Origin: Haplodiscus bocki
Taxonomy: Eukaryota
Length of the DNA: 64,000 nucleotides
Reading direction: 5' to 3'
Assembly (NCBI GenBank): GCA_965655095.1
Contig: OZ296658.1
Location: 88,722,001 to 88,786,000 of the forward strand
Shown here: in pieces, positions 25,701 to 39,554 of the stretch
How positions within the stretch are numbered: the first letter of the stretch is position 1
Layout: every line of letters begins with the position of its first letter
Made by a program: the position numbers and the translations under genes
The notes under the pieces: model-generated
Database searches by the model: none
Told to the model about the DNA's origin: nothing
The model's input: the letters and a program-made list of their open reading frames with translations, nothing else

Positions 25701-28700
25701 TTCCAAGAAATGTTTTTCTATTGGAATTCCATTAGTGCTTCGGGAAAAATGGATGGTGGGATTGAGGAGTTCTCAAGTTTACAGAATAGTTTGAATGATT
25801 TGACTGATAGAAACATTATATGAAATTTCTAACCAGTGTTTGTTATGAACGAAAACCTGTAGATTATGGTAATTTGGATTTAATGCTGATGGCCAATACC
25901 CCAAGCAACATAATTTACAATTCAATCTAGAACTGGCTGATTCTTATGAAAGTGATAGGAGTATTGATGAGGATTTTCTTCATTTGCATGATCTTGATCA
26001 TTAAAAACTTTGAAAAAGCTATAATTGAGGGTTTAAGCGGGGACATCAGATCTCATTTTTGAAAGAGGCCCAGATGTGTAGATCACTATGCAATCAACAT
26101 TATGGGCAAGAAGTTTATGCACACCCTTTACTTTGATCCGGTTGAAACTGTTTACACTCCACCTGGTTTATGTGAGATGACTGACATCGATAAAGCAATT
26201 GGAATTGAAGTTTGAACAGATGATTCCTCAAGGAAATGTCTTGGCACAACACATCATTATTTAGGGTACACTTTAGGAAAGAATGAAGTTTTGGGTTTTA
26301 CTTTTCAATTTAGAAGCTGTAGAACAATTCGTTTGTGTCTTTGACTAGTCGAACAGTGATGAGGAAATTGTTATGGAAGCTATAACATGGAAGATTGTTA
26401 TGGAAGATTGTGCATGACTAGAAATTAGCTTTCGATTCATTCAAAAGAGAAAAGGAGTTTGTTGAATAAGCTCTAAAAAATGGTTTTCTTCCCACGTAAG
26501 CTGCTGAATTGGTTAAAAGTAGAATATTGTTGTTACTTAAGGTTTAAGACCTAATGTTTTTTAGATCAGTCTTCGCTTCTGACTCACTGCACAATGATAA
26601 GCTGTGAAATAAATTCGTCTAGCTTTAGATTTCGCTCATAGAATTCCGGAGATGGTTTGATGTTGTTTCATAGACCATAATTTTTTTTCGTGGTCAAGTT
26701 TGTGCTTCTTAGAAATTAGGAAATAGTGAAGTTCTTGTAAAAGCTGTAAAGTCACCCGTGTTCTTTATGTTTCGCGTCAGAAAAATGCTAAAAATTGTTG
26801 AAGAATCTGTAGAAAAGTATGGGTTGATGTTGGCACAAGCATCAGATAATTTCATACTCGAAAATGCAGTTGTTTTTAGGCAGTTAAAGAACCTAAAAGT
26901 CCGGCTATTTGCATGCGAATAATTAAATAATTGGTATAGAAGCTATTGAATATGGTCTCCAAGTTGGATGTTTGCTAATCTAAACAGTAGCATAAATTGA
27001 ATTCCAGTGCTGAAATCAAGGATATTAGTCATCGCGAATTCCTTAATGGTAATACTTTTGTTGAATCACAAGCAATAAAATTGACTCCGCTTTCCAGTTT
27101 ACATTGGTAGAGAAAGGTTATTTTTAACGTGATCAGTTTGGTAGAAAAATAGGTACAACTTCTTTCCTAATATTTAGGACAACCACTGGCTTGGAACAAA
27201 CAGTTTTTTTTCGATGAGATAGAAACCTAGCTACTAAAAAGGAACCAACAACTCAAAAAAATACTATCCTGAAAGGAAGTGAAATCAGAGATGTGATTTA
27301 GCTGAAATTTCTGGAGTTACTATAAATGACGAAAGGGAGTTTAGTTCAAGGAAACGAATTTATTGCGAATTGAGATCAAATCGAAAAATTGATGTTTAAG
27401 GTTGATGCTCTGTTAAGAACAAACTTTCGAAGTGGTTTTCCCGAAGGAAACGCAATTCGATGCTTTAATGTACAATAGACTAAAGTGCGAAACAGGATAT
27501 TTGTGGAGACAACTCGTTTCAAAAATATGTTCAATTGTTGTAAATGTTTTTCAAAATTGGTTTCTTTGCAATTGTTAGCATTAGTAGAATTTTTAGCAGA
27601 TTGTGATCCATGAAATAACACAACAAGCAAAGTAACATAAAAGAAATACTCATTGAATTAGAATTGGTTAGTGTGAATACTTTTATGAAATTTGGTCTGG
27701 CATTAACAGCATCTGCCTTCAACCAACTTCTAGAACTCACTGGATTTTGTTTTCTGAAAATTACTGTTTAAATTCGTATGGTTGTGCGCAACGAAAAGTG
27801 TTACTGAATCAACTGCCAAGGGAGCGTGGCGATTGTATTAACCTTTAATACGGAATCCATCAACGATAGCTTACTTGCACGTTAGTGTTTATACTCTGGA
27901 TCTTTTTAACCTTATGAGTTTCAAATATCAGAACAAATGACCATTATTTCAAACTTGCGGAGTAAGGTTCCTCAGTGAAGCGTTTTCGAGTCTCCTATTG
28001 GACATCTCAAAGGATAACAACCTCTTTCATAGACCCAAATAGAAATCGATTGAACGAAGCACTACAGAACTTCAAAATTTTGCAGTTAATTTGTCATGTC
28101 TTCGAGATGTGTTGTCTGCGTCACTAACTGCTGGTTGACTGGAAGATTTTTGAGATGGTAGCTAAAAGTAAATAGACCGATCTGAATCTACTTCAATAAT
28201 GAAAGTCAGTCTCTTCGACTAAAGGTAGCTAAATCACTTCAGTCAGTAATGAAAAATACACATGAAAAACCCACGAGAGACTGGTTTTTTAAATCAATGC
28301 TTCCAAAAATTGCTTTTCGTTTGGAAATCCATTACAGCTTCGGGGAAAATGGATGATGGGATTAAGAAGTTCTCCAGTTTACGGAATAGTTTAATTGATA
28401 TCACTGATAGAAACCTCACATGAAAGTTTCTTACCCATGTTTGTTATAAACGAAATCCTTTAGATAATGGTAATTTAGAATTAATGCTGGTCGCGATTAC
28501 CCCAAACAACACAACTTACATTTCAATCTAGAACTGGCTGATTCTTATGGAAGTGATAGAAGTTTTGATGAGGATTTTCTTTATTTGCATGATCTTGATC
28601 ATTAAAAACTTTGAAAAAGCTATAATTGAGGGTTTAAACGGGGACATCAGATCTCATTTTTGAAGGAGGCCCAGATGTGTAGATCAGTATGCAATCAACA

Positions 28701-31700
28701 TTATGGGCAAGAAGTTTATGCACTCCCTTTACTTTGAGATCCGGTTGAAACTGTTTACACTCCACCTGGTTTATGTGAGATGACTGACATCGATAAAGCA
28801 ATTGGAATTGAAGTTTGAACAGATGATTCCTCAAGGAAATGTCTTCGCACAACACATCATTATTTAGGGTACACTTTAGGAAAGAATGAAATTTTGGGTT
28901 TTACTTTTCATTTTAGAAGCTGTAGAACAATTCGTTTGTGTCTTTGAGTGGTCGAACAGTGATGAGGAAATTGTTATGGAAGCTATAAAAGAGATTGTGC
29001 ATGCCTAAAAATTAGCTTTCGATTCATGCAAAAGAGAAAAGGAGTTTGTTGAATGAGCTTTAAAAATTGGTTTTCTTCCAAAGTAAGCTGCTGAACTGGT
29101 TAAAAGTGGAATATTAATGCTACTTAAGCTTTAAGACGTAATGTTTTTTTAGATCACCCTTTGCTTCTGACTTACTGCACAATGATAAGCTGTAAATTAA
29201 ATTTGTCTGGCTCTAGAATTCGCTCATAGAATTCCGGAGATGGTTAGGATGTTGTTTCATTGACCATAATGTTTTTCGTGGTCAAGTGTGTGCTTCTTAG
29301 AAATTAGGAAATAATGAAGTTCTTGTAAGTGCTGTAAAGTCAACTGTGTTCTTCATCTTTCGCCTGAGAAAAATTCTAAAAATTGTTGAAGAATCGGAAA
29401 AAAGGTATGGGTTGATGTTGGCACAAGCATCAGATAATTTGAAACTCGAAAATGCAGTTGTTTTTAGACAGTTAAAGAACCTAAAATGCCGTTTATTTGC
29501 ACGCGAATAAATAATTAATTGGTATAGCAGCTGTTGAATATGGTCTCCAAGTTGGATGTTTGCTAATCTAAACAGTAGCTTAAAATGAATTCCATTGCTG
29601 AAATCAAGGAATTTAGTCAACGCGAGTTCCTTTATGGTAATACTTTTGTTTAATCACAAGCAATAAATTTGACTCCGCTTTCTAGTTAACATTGTTGGAG
29701 AAAGGCTATTTTTAACGTGAGCACTTCGGTAGAAAAATAGGTACAACTTCTCTCTTAATATTTAGGACAACCACTGGTTTGGAACAAACAGTTTTTTTCG
29801 ATGAGATAGGAACCTAGCTACCAAAAAAGAACCAACAACTCAAAAAAATTACTATCCTGAAAGGAACTGAAATCAGAGATTTGATTTTGCTGAAATTTCT
29901 GGAGTTACTATAATTGACGAAAAGGAGTTTAGTTCAAGGAAACGAATTTATTGCGAATTGAGATCAAATCGAAAAGTTGATGTTTAAGGTTGATGTTCTG
30001 TTAAAAACAAACTTTCAAAGTCGTTTTCCTGAAGGAAACTCAATTCGATGCTTTAATGTACAACAGAATAAAGTGCGAAACAGTATATTTGTGGAGACAA
30101 ATCGTTTCAAAAATGATGTTCAAATGCTGTAATTTTTTTTTTCAAATTTGGTTTTCTTTGCATTTGTTAGCATTAGTAGACTTTTTAGCAAATTATGATC
30201 CACGAAATAACACAACAAGCAAAGTAATTTAGAAGAAATAATCATTGAATTAGAATTGGTTAGTGTGAATTCTTATTTGAAAGTTGGTCTTGTATTAACA
30301 GCATCTGCCTTCAACCAACTTCTGGAACTCACTGGATTTTGTTTTCTGAAAATTACCGTTTAAATTCGTATGGTTGTGCGCAACGAAAAGTATTACTGAA
30401 TCAACTGCCAAGGGAGCGTGGCGATTGTATTAACCTTTAATACGGAATCCATCAACGATAGCTTACTTGCACGTTAGTGTTTGTATTCTGGATCTTTTTA
30501 ACCATATGAGTTTCAAATATCAGAACAAATGACCATTATTTCAAACCTGCGGAGTAAGGTTCCTCAGCGAAGCGTTTTCGAGTCTCCTATTGGACATCTC
30601 AAAGGATAACAACCTCTTTCATAGACCCAAATAGAAATCGATTGAATGAAGCACTACAAAACTTCAAAATTTTGCAGTTAATTTGTCATGTCTTCGAGTT
30701 GTGTGGACTGCGTCACTAACTGCGTGTTGACTGGAAGATTTTTGAGTTTGTCGTTAAAAATAAATGGACCGATCTGAATGTACTTCACTAATGAATGTGA
30801 GTCTCTTCTACTAAAGAGTCTCTTTTTTTAAACTTTAATTTCAGATATCAAAACAAATACTCGAAACCTGTGGAGTTAGGTTCCTCAGCGAAGCGATTTC
30901 AAATCTTCGATATGACATCTCAAAGGATAACAGGATAACAACCTCGTTGATGAATCTAATCAAATCGATTGAACAAAGCACTACAAAACCAAAAGTTTTT
31001 GCAGCTCAATGATCGTCTCTTCGAGATCTGTTGACTGCGTCAATAACTGCTAGTTGACTGGAAGATTTTTGAGATGGTAGCGAAAATCAAAAAGACCCAT
31101 CTGAATCTTCTTCAACAACGAAAGTGGGTCTCTTCGACTAAAGGTAGCAACATCACCTCAGTTGGTAATAGAAAATAAACATGAAAAACACTCGAGAGAT
31201 TGGTTTTTTAAATCAATGATTCCATAAATTGCTTTTCTTTTGGAAATCCGTCACAGCTTGGGGAAGAATGGGTGGTGGGATTAAGAAGTTCTCCAGGTTA
31301 CAGAATAGTTTAATTAATACAACTGATAGAAACATCAGCTGAAAGTTTCTTACCCCTGTTTATGAACGAAAACCTGTAGATAATGGTAATTTGGAATTAA
31401 TGCTGATGGCCAATACCCCAAGCAACATAAATTACAATTCAATCTGGAACTGGCTGATTCTTATGGAAGTGATAGAAGTTTTGATGAGGATTTTGTTTGT
31501 TTGCATCATCTTGATCATTAAATGCTCTTGATCTTGAAAAAGCTATAATTGAGGGTTTAAAGGGGGACATCAGATCTCATATTTGAAGGAGACATAGATG
31601 TGTTGATCGGTATGCAATCAACAGCATGGGCAAGAAGTTTATGCGCTCCCTGTGGTTTGATCCAGTTGAATTTACCATCACTCCACCTGGATTATGTGAA

Positions 31701-34700
31701 ATAACTGACATCGATAAAGCATTTGGAATTGAAGTTTGAACAGATGATTCCTCAAGGGAATGTCTTCGCACAACACATCATTATTTAGTGTACACTTAAG
31801 GAAAAAATGAAGTTTTTGGTTTTACTTTTCAATTCAGAAGCTGTAGAACAATTGGTTTGTGTTTTGGAGTTTGTCTTTGACTAGTCCAACAGTGATTAGG
31901 AATTTGTTGTGGAAGCTATAAAAGAGAATGTGCTTGCCTGAAAATTAGCTTTCGGTTCATTCAAAAGAGAAAAGGAGTTTGTTGAATGAGCTTTAAAAAA
32001 TGGTTTTCTTCCAAAGTAAGCTGCTGAACTGGTTAAAAGTGGAATATTAATGCTACTTAAGCTTTAAGACGTAATGTTTTTTTAGATCACCCTTTGCTTC
32101 TGACTTACTGCACAATGATAAGCTGTAAATTAAATTTGTCTGGCTCTAGAATTCGCTCATAGAATTCCGGAGATGGTTAGGATGTTGTTTCATTGACCAT
32201 AATGTTTTTCGTGGTCAAGTGTGTGCTTCTTAGAAATTAGGAAATAATGAAGTTCTTGTAAGTGCTGTAAAGTCAACTGTGTTCTTCATCTTTCGCCTGA
32301 GAAAAATTCTAAAAATTGTTGAAGAATCGGAAGAAAGGTATGGGTTGATGTTGGCACAAGCATCAGATAATTTCATACTCGAAAATGCAGTTGTTTTTAG
32401 GCAGTTAAAGAACCTAAAAGTCCGGCTATTTGCATGCGAATAATTAAATAATTGGTATAGAAGCTATTGAATATGGTCTCCAAGTTGGATGTTTGCTAAT
32501 CTAAACAGTAGCATAAATTGAATTCCAGTGCTGAAATCAAGGATATTAGTCGTCGCGAATTCCTTAATGGTAATACTTTTGTTGAATCACAAGCAATAAA
32601 ATTGACTCCGCTTTCCAGTTTACATTGGTAGGGAAAGGTTATTTTTAACGTGATCAGTTTGGTAGAAAAATAGGTACAACTTCTTTCCTAATATTTAGGA
32701 CAACCACTGGTTTGGAACAAACAGTTTTTTTCGATGAGATAGAAACCTAGCTACTAAAAAGGAACCAACAACTCAAAAAAAATACTATCCTGAAAGGAAG
32801 TGAAGTCAGAGATTTGATTTTGCTGAAATTTCTGGAGTTACTATAAATGACGAAAGGGAGTTTAGTTCAAGGAAACTAATTTATTGCGAATTGAGATCAA
32901 ATCGAAAAATTGATGTTTAAGGTTGATGCTCTGTTAAGAACAAACTTTCGAAGTGGTTTTCCCGAAGGAAACGCAATTCGATGCTTTAATGTACAATAGA
33001 CTAAAGTGCGAAAAAGGATATTTGTGGAGACAACTCGTTTCAAAAATATGTTCAATTGTTGTAAATGTTTTTCAAAATTGGTTTCTTTGCAATTGTTAAC
33101 ATTAGTATTTTTAGCAAATTATGATCCATGAAATAACACAACAAGCAAAGTAATATAAAAGAAATGCTCATTGAATTAGAATTGGTTAGTGTGAATACTT
33201 TTATGAAATTTGGTATTGCATTAACAGCATCTGCCTTCAACCAACTTCTAGAACTCACTGGATTTTGTTGTATGAAATTTACCATTTAAATTCGTATGGT
33301 TGTGCGCAACGAAAAGTATTACTGAATCAACTGCCAAGGGAGCGTGGCGATTGTATTAACCTTTAATACGGAATCCATCAACGATAGCTTACTTGCACGT
33401 TAGTGTTTGTATTCTGGATCTTTTTAACCATATGAGTTTCAAATATCAGAACAAATGACCATTATTTCAAACCTGCGGAGTAAGGTTCCTCAGCGAAGCG
33501 TTTTCGAGTCTCCTATTGGACATCTCAAAGGATAACAACCTCTTTCATAGACCCAAATAGAAATCGATTGAACGAAGCACTACAAAACTTCAAAATTTTG
33601 CAGTTAATTTGTCATGTCTTCGAGTTGTGTGGACTGCGTCACTAACTGCGTGTTGACTGGAAGATTTTTGAGTTTGTCGTTAAAAATAAATGGACCGATC
33701 TGCATCTACTTCACTAATGAATGTGAGTCTCTTCTACTAAAGAGTCTCTTTTTTTAAACTTTAATTTCAGATATCAAAACAAATACTCGAAACCTGTGGA
33801 GTTAGGTTCCTCAGCGAAGCGATTTCAAATCTTCGATATGACATCTCAAAGGATAACAGGATAACAACCTCGTTGATGAATCTAATCAAATCGATTGAAC
33901 AAAGCACTACAAAACCTAAAATTTTTGCAGCTCAATGATCTTCTCTTCGGGATCTGTTGACTGCGTCAATAACTGCTAGTTGACTGGAAGATTTTTGGGT
34001 TTGTCGGTAAAAATTCATAGACCGATCTGAATCCACTTCAATGAGAATGTGAGTCTCCTCTACTAGAGGTAACAACATCACTTTGTTAGTAATAGAAAAT
34101 ACAAGTAAAAAACCCTCGAGAGACTGGAATTTTAGATGAATGATTCCTAGAAATGTTTTTCTATTGGAATTCCATTAGTGCTTCGGGAAAAATGGATGGT
34201 GGGATTGAGGAGTTCTCAAGTTTACAGAATAGTTTGAATGATTTGACTGATAGAAACATTATATGAAATTTTCTAACCAGTGTTTGTTATGAACGAAAAC
34301 CTGTAGATTATGGTAATTTGGATTTAATGCTGATGGCCAATACCCCAAGCAACATAATTTACAATTCAATCTAGAACTGGCTGATTCTTATGAAAGTGAT
34401 AGGAGTATTGATGAGGATTTTCTTCATTTGCATGATCTTGATCATTAAAAACTTTGAAAAAGCTATAATTGAGGGTTTAAACGGGGACATCAGATCTCAT
34501 TTTTGAAGGAGACCCAGATGTGTAGATCACTATGCAATCAACATTATGGGCAAGAAGTTTATGCACACCCTTTACTTTGATCCGGTTGAAACTGTTTACA
34601 CTCCACCTGGTTTATGTGAGATGACTGACATCGATAAAGCAATTGGAATTGAAGTTTGATCAGATGATTTCTCAAGGAAATGTGTTCGCACAACACATCA

Positions 34701-37700
34701 TTATTTAGTGTACACTTTAGGAAAGAATGAAGTTTTGGGTTTTACTTTTCATTTTAGAAGCTGTAGAACAATTCGTTTGTGTCTTTGACTAGTCGAACAG
34801 CGATGAGGAAATTGTTATGGAAGCTATAAAAATGATTGTGCATGACTAGAAATTAGCTTTCGATTCATTCAAAAGAGAAAAGGAGTTTGTTGAATAAGCT
34901 CTAAAAAATGGTTTTCTTCCCACGTAAGCTGCTGAATTGGTTAAAAGTAGAATATTGTTGTTACTTAAGGTTTAAGACCTAATGTTTTTTAGATCAGTCT
35001 TCGCTTCTGACTCACTGCACAATGATAAGCTGTGAAATAAATTCGTCTAGCTTTAGATTTCGCTCATAGAATTCCGGAGATGGTTTGATGTTGTTTCATA
35101 GACCATAATTTTTTTTCGTGGTCAAGTTTGTGCTTCTTAGAAATTAGGAAATAGTGAAGTTCTTGTAAAAGCTGTAAAGTCACCCGTGTTCTTTATGTTT
35201 CGCGTCAGAAAAATGCTAAAAATTGTTGAAGAATCTGTAGAAAAGTATGGGTTGATGTTGGCACAAGCATCAGATAATTTCATACTCGAAAATGCAGTTG
35301 TTTTTAGGCAGTTAAAGAACCTAAAAGTCCGGCTATTTGCATGCGAATAATTAAATAATTGGTATAGAAGCTATTGAATATGGTCTCCAAGTTGGATGTT
35401 TGCTAATCTAAACAGTAGCATAAATTGAATTCCAGTGCTGAAATCAAGGATATTAGTCATCGCGAATTCCTTAATGGTAATACTTTTGTTGAATCACAAG
35501 CAATAAAATTGACTCCGCTTTCCAGTTTACATTGGTAGAGAAAGGTTATTTTTAACGTGATCAGTTTGGTAGAAAAATAGGTACAACTTCTTTCCTAATA
35601 TTTAGGACAACCACTGGCTTGGAACAAACAGTTTTTTTTCGATGAGATAGAAACCTAGCTACTAAAAAGGAACCAACAACTCAAAAAAAATACTATCCTG
35701 AAAGGAAGTGAAGTCAGAGATTTGATTTTGCTGAAATTTCTGGAGTTACTATAAATGACGAAAGGGAGTTTAGTTCAAGGAAACGAATTTATTGCGAATT
35801 GAGATCAAATCGAAAAATTGATGTTTAAGGTTGATGCTCTGTTAAGAACAAACTTTCGAAGTGGTTTTCCCGAAGGAAACGCAATTCGATGCTTTAATGT
35901 ACAATAGACTAAAGTGCGAAACAGGATATTTGTGGAGACAACTCGTTTCAAAAATATGTTCAATTGTTGTAAATGTTTTTCAAAATTGGTTTCTTTGCAA
36001 TTGTTAGCATTAGTAGAATTTTTAGCAGATTGTGATCCATGAAATAACACAACAAGCAAAGTAACATAAAAGAAATACTCATTGAATTAGAATTGGTTAG
36101 TGTGAATACTTTTATGAAATTTGGTCTGGCATTAACAGCATCTGCCTTCAACCAACTTCTAGAACTCACTGGATTTTGTTTTCTGAAAATTACCGTTTAA
36201 ATTCGTATGGTTGTGCGCAACGAAAAGTATTACTGAATCAACTGCCAAGGGAGCGTGGCGATTGTATTAACCTTTAATACGGAATCCATCAACGATAGCT
36301 TACTTGCACGTTAGTGTTTGTATTCTGGATCTTTTTAACCATATGAGTTTCAAATATCAGAACAAATGACCATTATTTCAAACCTGCGGAGTAAGGTTCC
36401 TCAGCGAAGCGTTTCCGAGTCTCCTATTGGACATCTCAAAGGATAACAACCTCTTTCATAGACCCAAATAGAAATCGATTGAACGAAGCACTACAAAACT
36501 TCAAAATTTTGCAGTTAATTTGTCATGTCTTCGAGTTGTGTGGACTGCGTCACTAACTGCGTGTTGACTGGAAGATTTTTGAGTTTGTCGTTAAAAATAA
36601 ATGGACCGATCTGAATCTACTTCACTAATGAATGTGAGTCTCTTCTACTAAAGAGTCTCTTTTTTTAAACTTTAATTTCAGATATCAAAACAAATACTCG
36701 AAACCTGTGGAGTTAGGTTCCTCAGCGAAGCGATTTCAAATCTTCGATATGACATCTCAAAGGATAACAGGATAACAACCTCGTTGATGAATCTAATCAA
36801 ATCGATTGAACAAAGCACTACAAAACCTAAAATTTTTGCAGCTCAATGATCTTCTCTTCGGGATCTGTTGACTGCGTCAATAACTGCTAGTTGACTGGAA
36901 GATTTTTGGGTTTGTCGGTAAAAATTCATAGATCGATCTGAATCCACTTCAATGAGAATGTGAGTCTCCTCCACTAGAGGTAACAACATCACTTTGTTAG
37001 TAATAGAAAATACAAGTAGAAAACCCTCGAGAGACTGGAATTTTAGATGAATGTTTCCAAGAAATGTTTTTCTATTGGAATTCCATTAGTGCTTCGGGAA
37101 AAATGGATGGTGGGATTGAGGAGTTCTCAAGTTTACAGAATAGTTTGAATTATTTGACTGATAGAAACATTATATGAAATTTTCTAACCAGTGTTTGTTA
37201 TGAACGAAAACCTGTAGATTATGGTAATTTGGATTTAATGCTGATGGCCAATACCCCAAGCAACATAATTTACAATTCGATCTAGAACTGGCTGATTCTT
37301 ATGAAAGTGATAGGAGTATTGATGAGGATTTTCTTCATTTGCATGATCTTGATCATTAAAAACTTTGAAAAAGCTATAATTGAGGGTTTAAACGGGGACA
37401 TCAGATCTCATTTTTGAAGGAGGCCCAGATGTGTAGATCACTATGCAATCAACATTATGGGCAAGAAGTTTATGCACACCCTTTACTTTGATCCGGTTGA
37501 AACTGTTTACACTCCACCTGGTTTATGTGAGATGACTGACATCGATAAAGCAATTGGAATTGAAGTTTGAACAGATGATTCCTCAAGGAAATGTCTTCGC
37601 ACAACACATCATTATTTAGGGTACACTTTAGGAAAGAATGAAGTTTTGGGTTTTACTTTTCAATTTAGAAGCTGTAGAACAATTCGTTTGTGTGCTTGAC

Positions 37701-39554
37701 TAGTCGAACAGTGATGAGGAAATTGTTATGGAAGCTATAAAAAAGATTGTGCATGACTAGAAATTAGCTTTCGATTCATTCAAAAGAGAAAAGGAGTTTG
37801 TTGAATAAGCTCTAAAAAATGGTTTTCTTCCCACGTAAGCTGCTGAATTGGTTAAAAGTAGAATATTGTTGTTACTTAAGGTTTAAGACCTAATGTTTTT
37901 TAGATCAGTCTTCGCTTCTGACTCACTGCACAATGATAAGCTGTGAAATAAATTCGTCTAGCTTTAGATTTCGCTCATAGAATTCCGGAGATGGTTTGAT
38001 GTTGTTTCATAGACCATAATTTTTTTTCGTGGTCAAGTTTGTGCTCCTTAGAAATTAGGAAATAGTGAAGTTCTTGTAAAAGCTGTAAAGTCACCCGTGT
38101 TCTTTATGTTTCGCGTCAGAAAAATGCTAAAAATTGTTGAAGAATCTGTAGAAAAGTATGGGTTGATGTTGGCACAAGCATCAGATAATTTCATACTCGA
38201 AAATGCAGTTGTTTTTAGGCAGTTAAAGAACCTAAAAGTCCGGCTATTTGCATGCGAATAATTAAATAATTGGTATAGAAGCTATTGAATATGGTCTCCA
38301 AGTTGGATGTTTGCTAATCTAAACAGTAGCATAAATTGAATTCCAGTGCTGAAATCAAGGATATTAGTCATCGCGAATTCCTTAATGGTAATACTTTTGT
38401 TGTATCACAAGCAATAAAATTGACTCCGCTTTCCAGTTTACATTGGTAGAGAAAGGTTATTTTTAACGTGATCAGTTTGGTAGAAAAATAGGTGCAACTT
38501 CTTTCCTAATATTTAGGACAACCACTGGTTTGGAACAAACAGTTTTTTTCGATGAGATAGAAACCTAGCTACTAAAAAGGAACCAACAACTCAAAAAAAA
38601 TACTATCCTGAAAGGAAGTGAAATCAGAGATTTGATTTTGCTGAAATTTCTGGAGTTACTATAAATGACGAAAGGGAGTTTAGTTCAAGGAAACGAATTT
38701 ATTGCGAATTGAGATCAAATCGAAAAATTGATGTTTAAGGTTGATGCTCTGTTAAGAACAAACTTTCGAAGTGGTTTTCCCGAAGGAAACTCAATTCGAT
38801 GCTTTAATGTACAATAGACTAAGGTGCGAAACAGGATATTTGTGGAGACAACTCGTTTCAAAAATATGTTCAATTGTTGTAAATGTTTTTCAAAATTGGT
38901 TTCTTTGCAATTGTTAGCATTAGTAGAATGTTTAGCAAATTATGATCCATGAAATAACACAACAAGCAAAGTAATATAAAAGAAATGCTCATTGAATTAG
39001 AATTGGTTAGTGTGAATACTTTTATGAAATTTGGTCTTGCATTAACAGCATCTGCCTTCAACCAACTTCTAGAACTCACTGGATTTTGTTGTATGAAATT
39101 TACCATTTAAATTCGTATGGTTGTGCGCAACGAAAAGTATTACTGAATCAACTGCCAAGGGAGCGTGGTGATTGTATTAACCTTTAATACGGAATCCATC
39201 AACGATAGCTTACTTGCACGTTAGTGTTTATACTCTGGATCTTTTTAACTTTATGAGTTTCAAATATCAGAACAAATGACCATTATTTCAAATTTGCGGA
39301 GTAAGGTTTCTCAGTGAAGCGTTTTCGAGTCTCCTCTTGGACATCTCAAAGGATAACAACCTCTTTCATAGACCCAAATAGAAATCGATTGAACGAAGCA
39401 CTACAGAACTTCAAAATTTTGCAGTTAATTTGTCATGTCTTCGAGATGTGTTGTCTGCGTCACTAACTGCTGTTCACTAAAAGATTTTTGAGATGGTAGC
39501 TAAAAGTAAATAGACCGATCTGAATCTACTTCAATAATGAAAGTCAGTCTCTTC

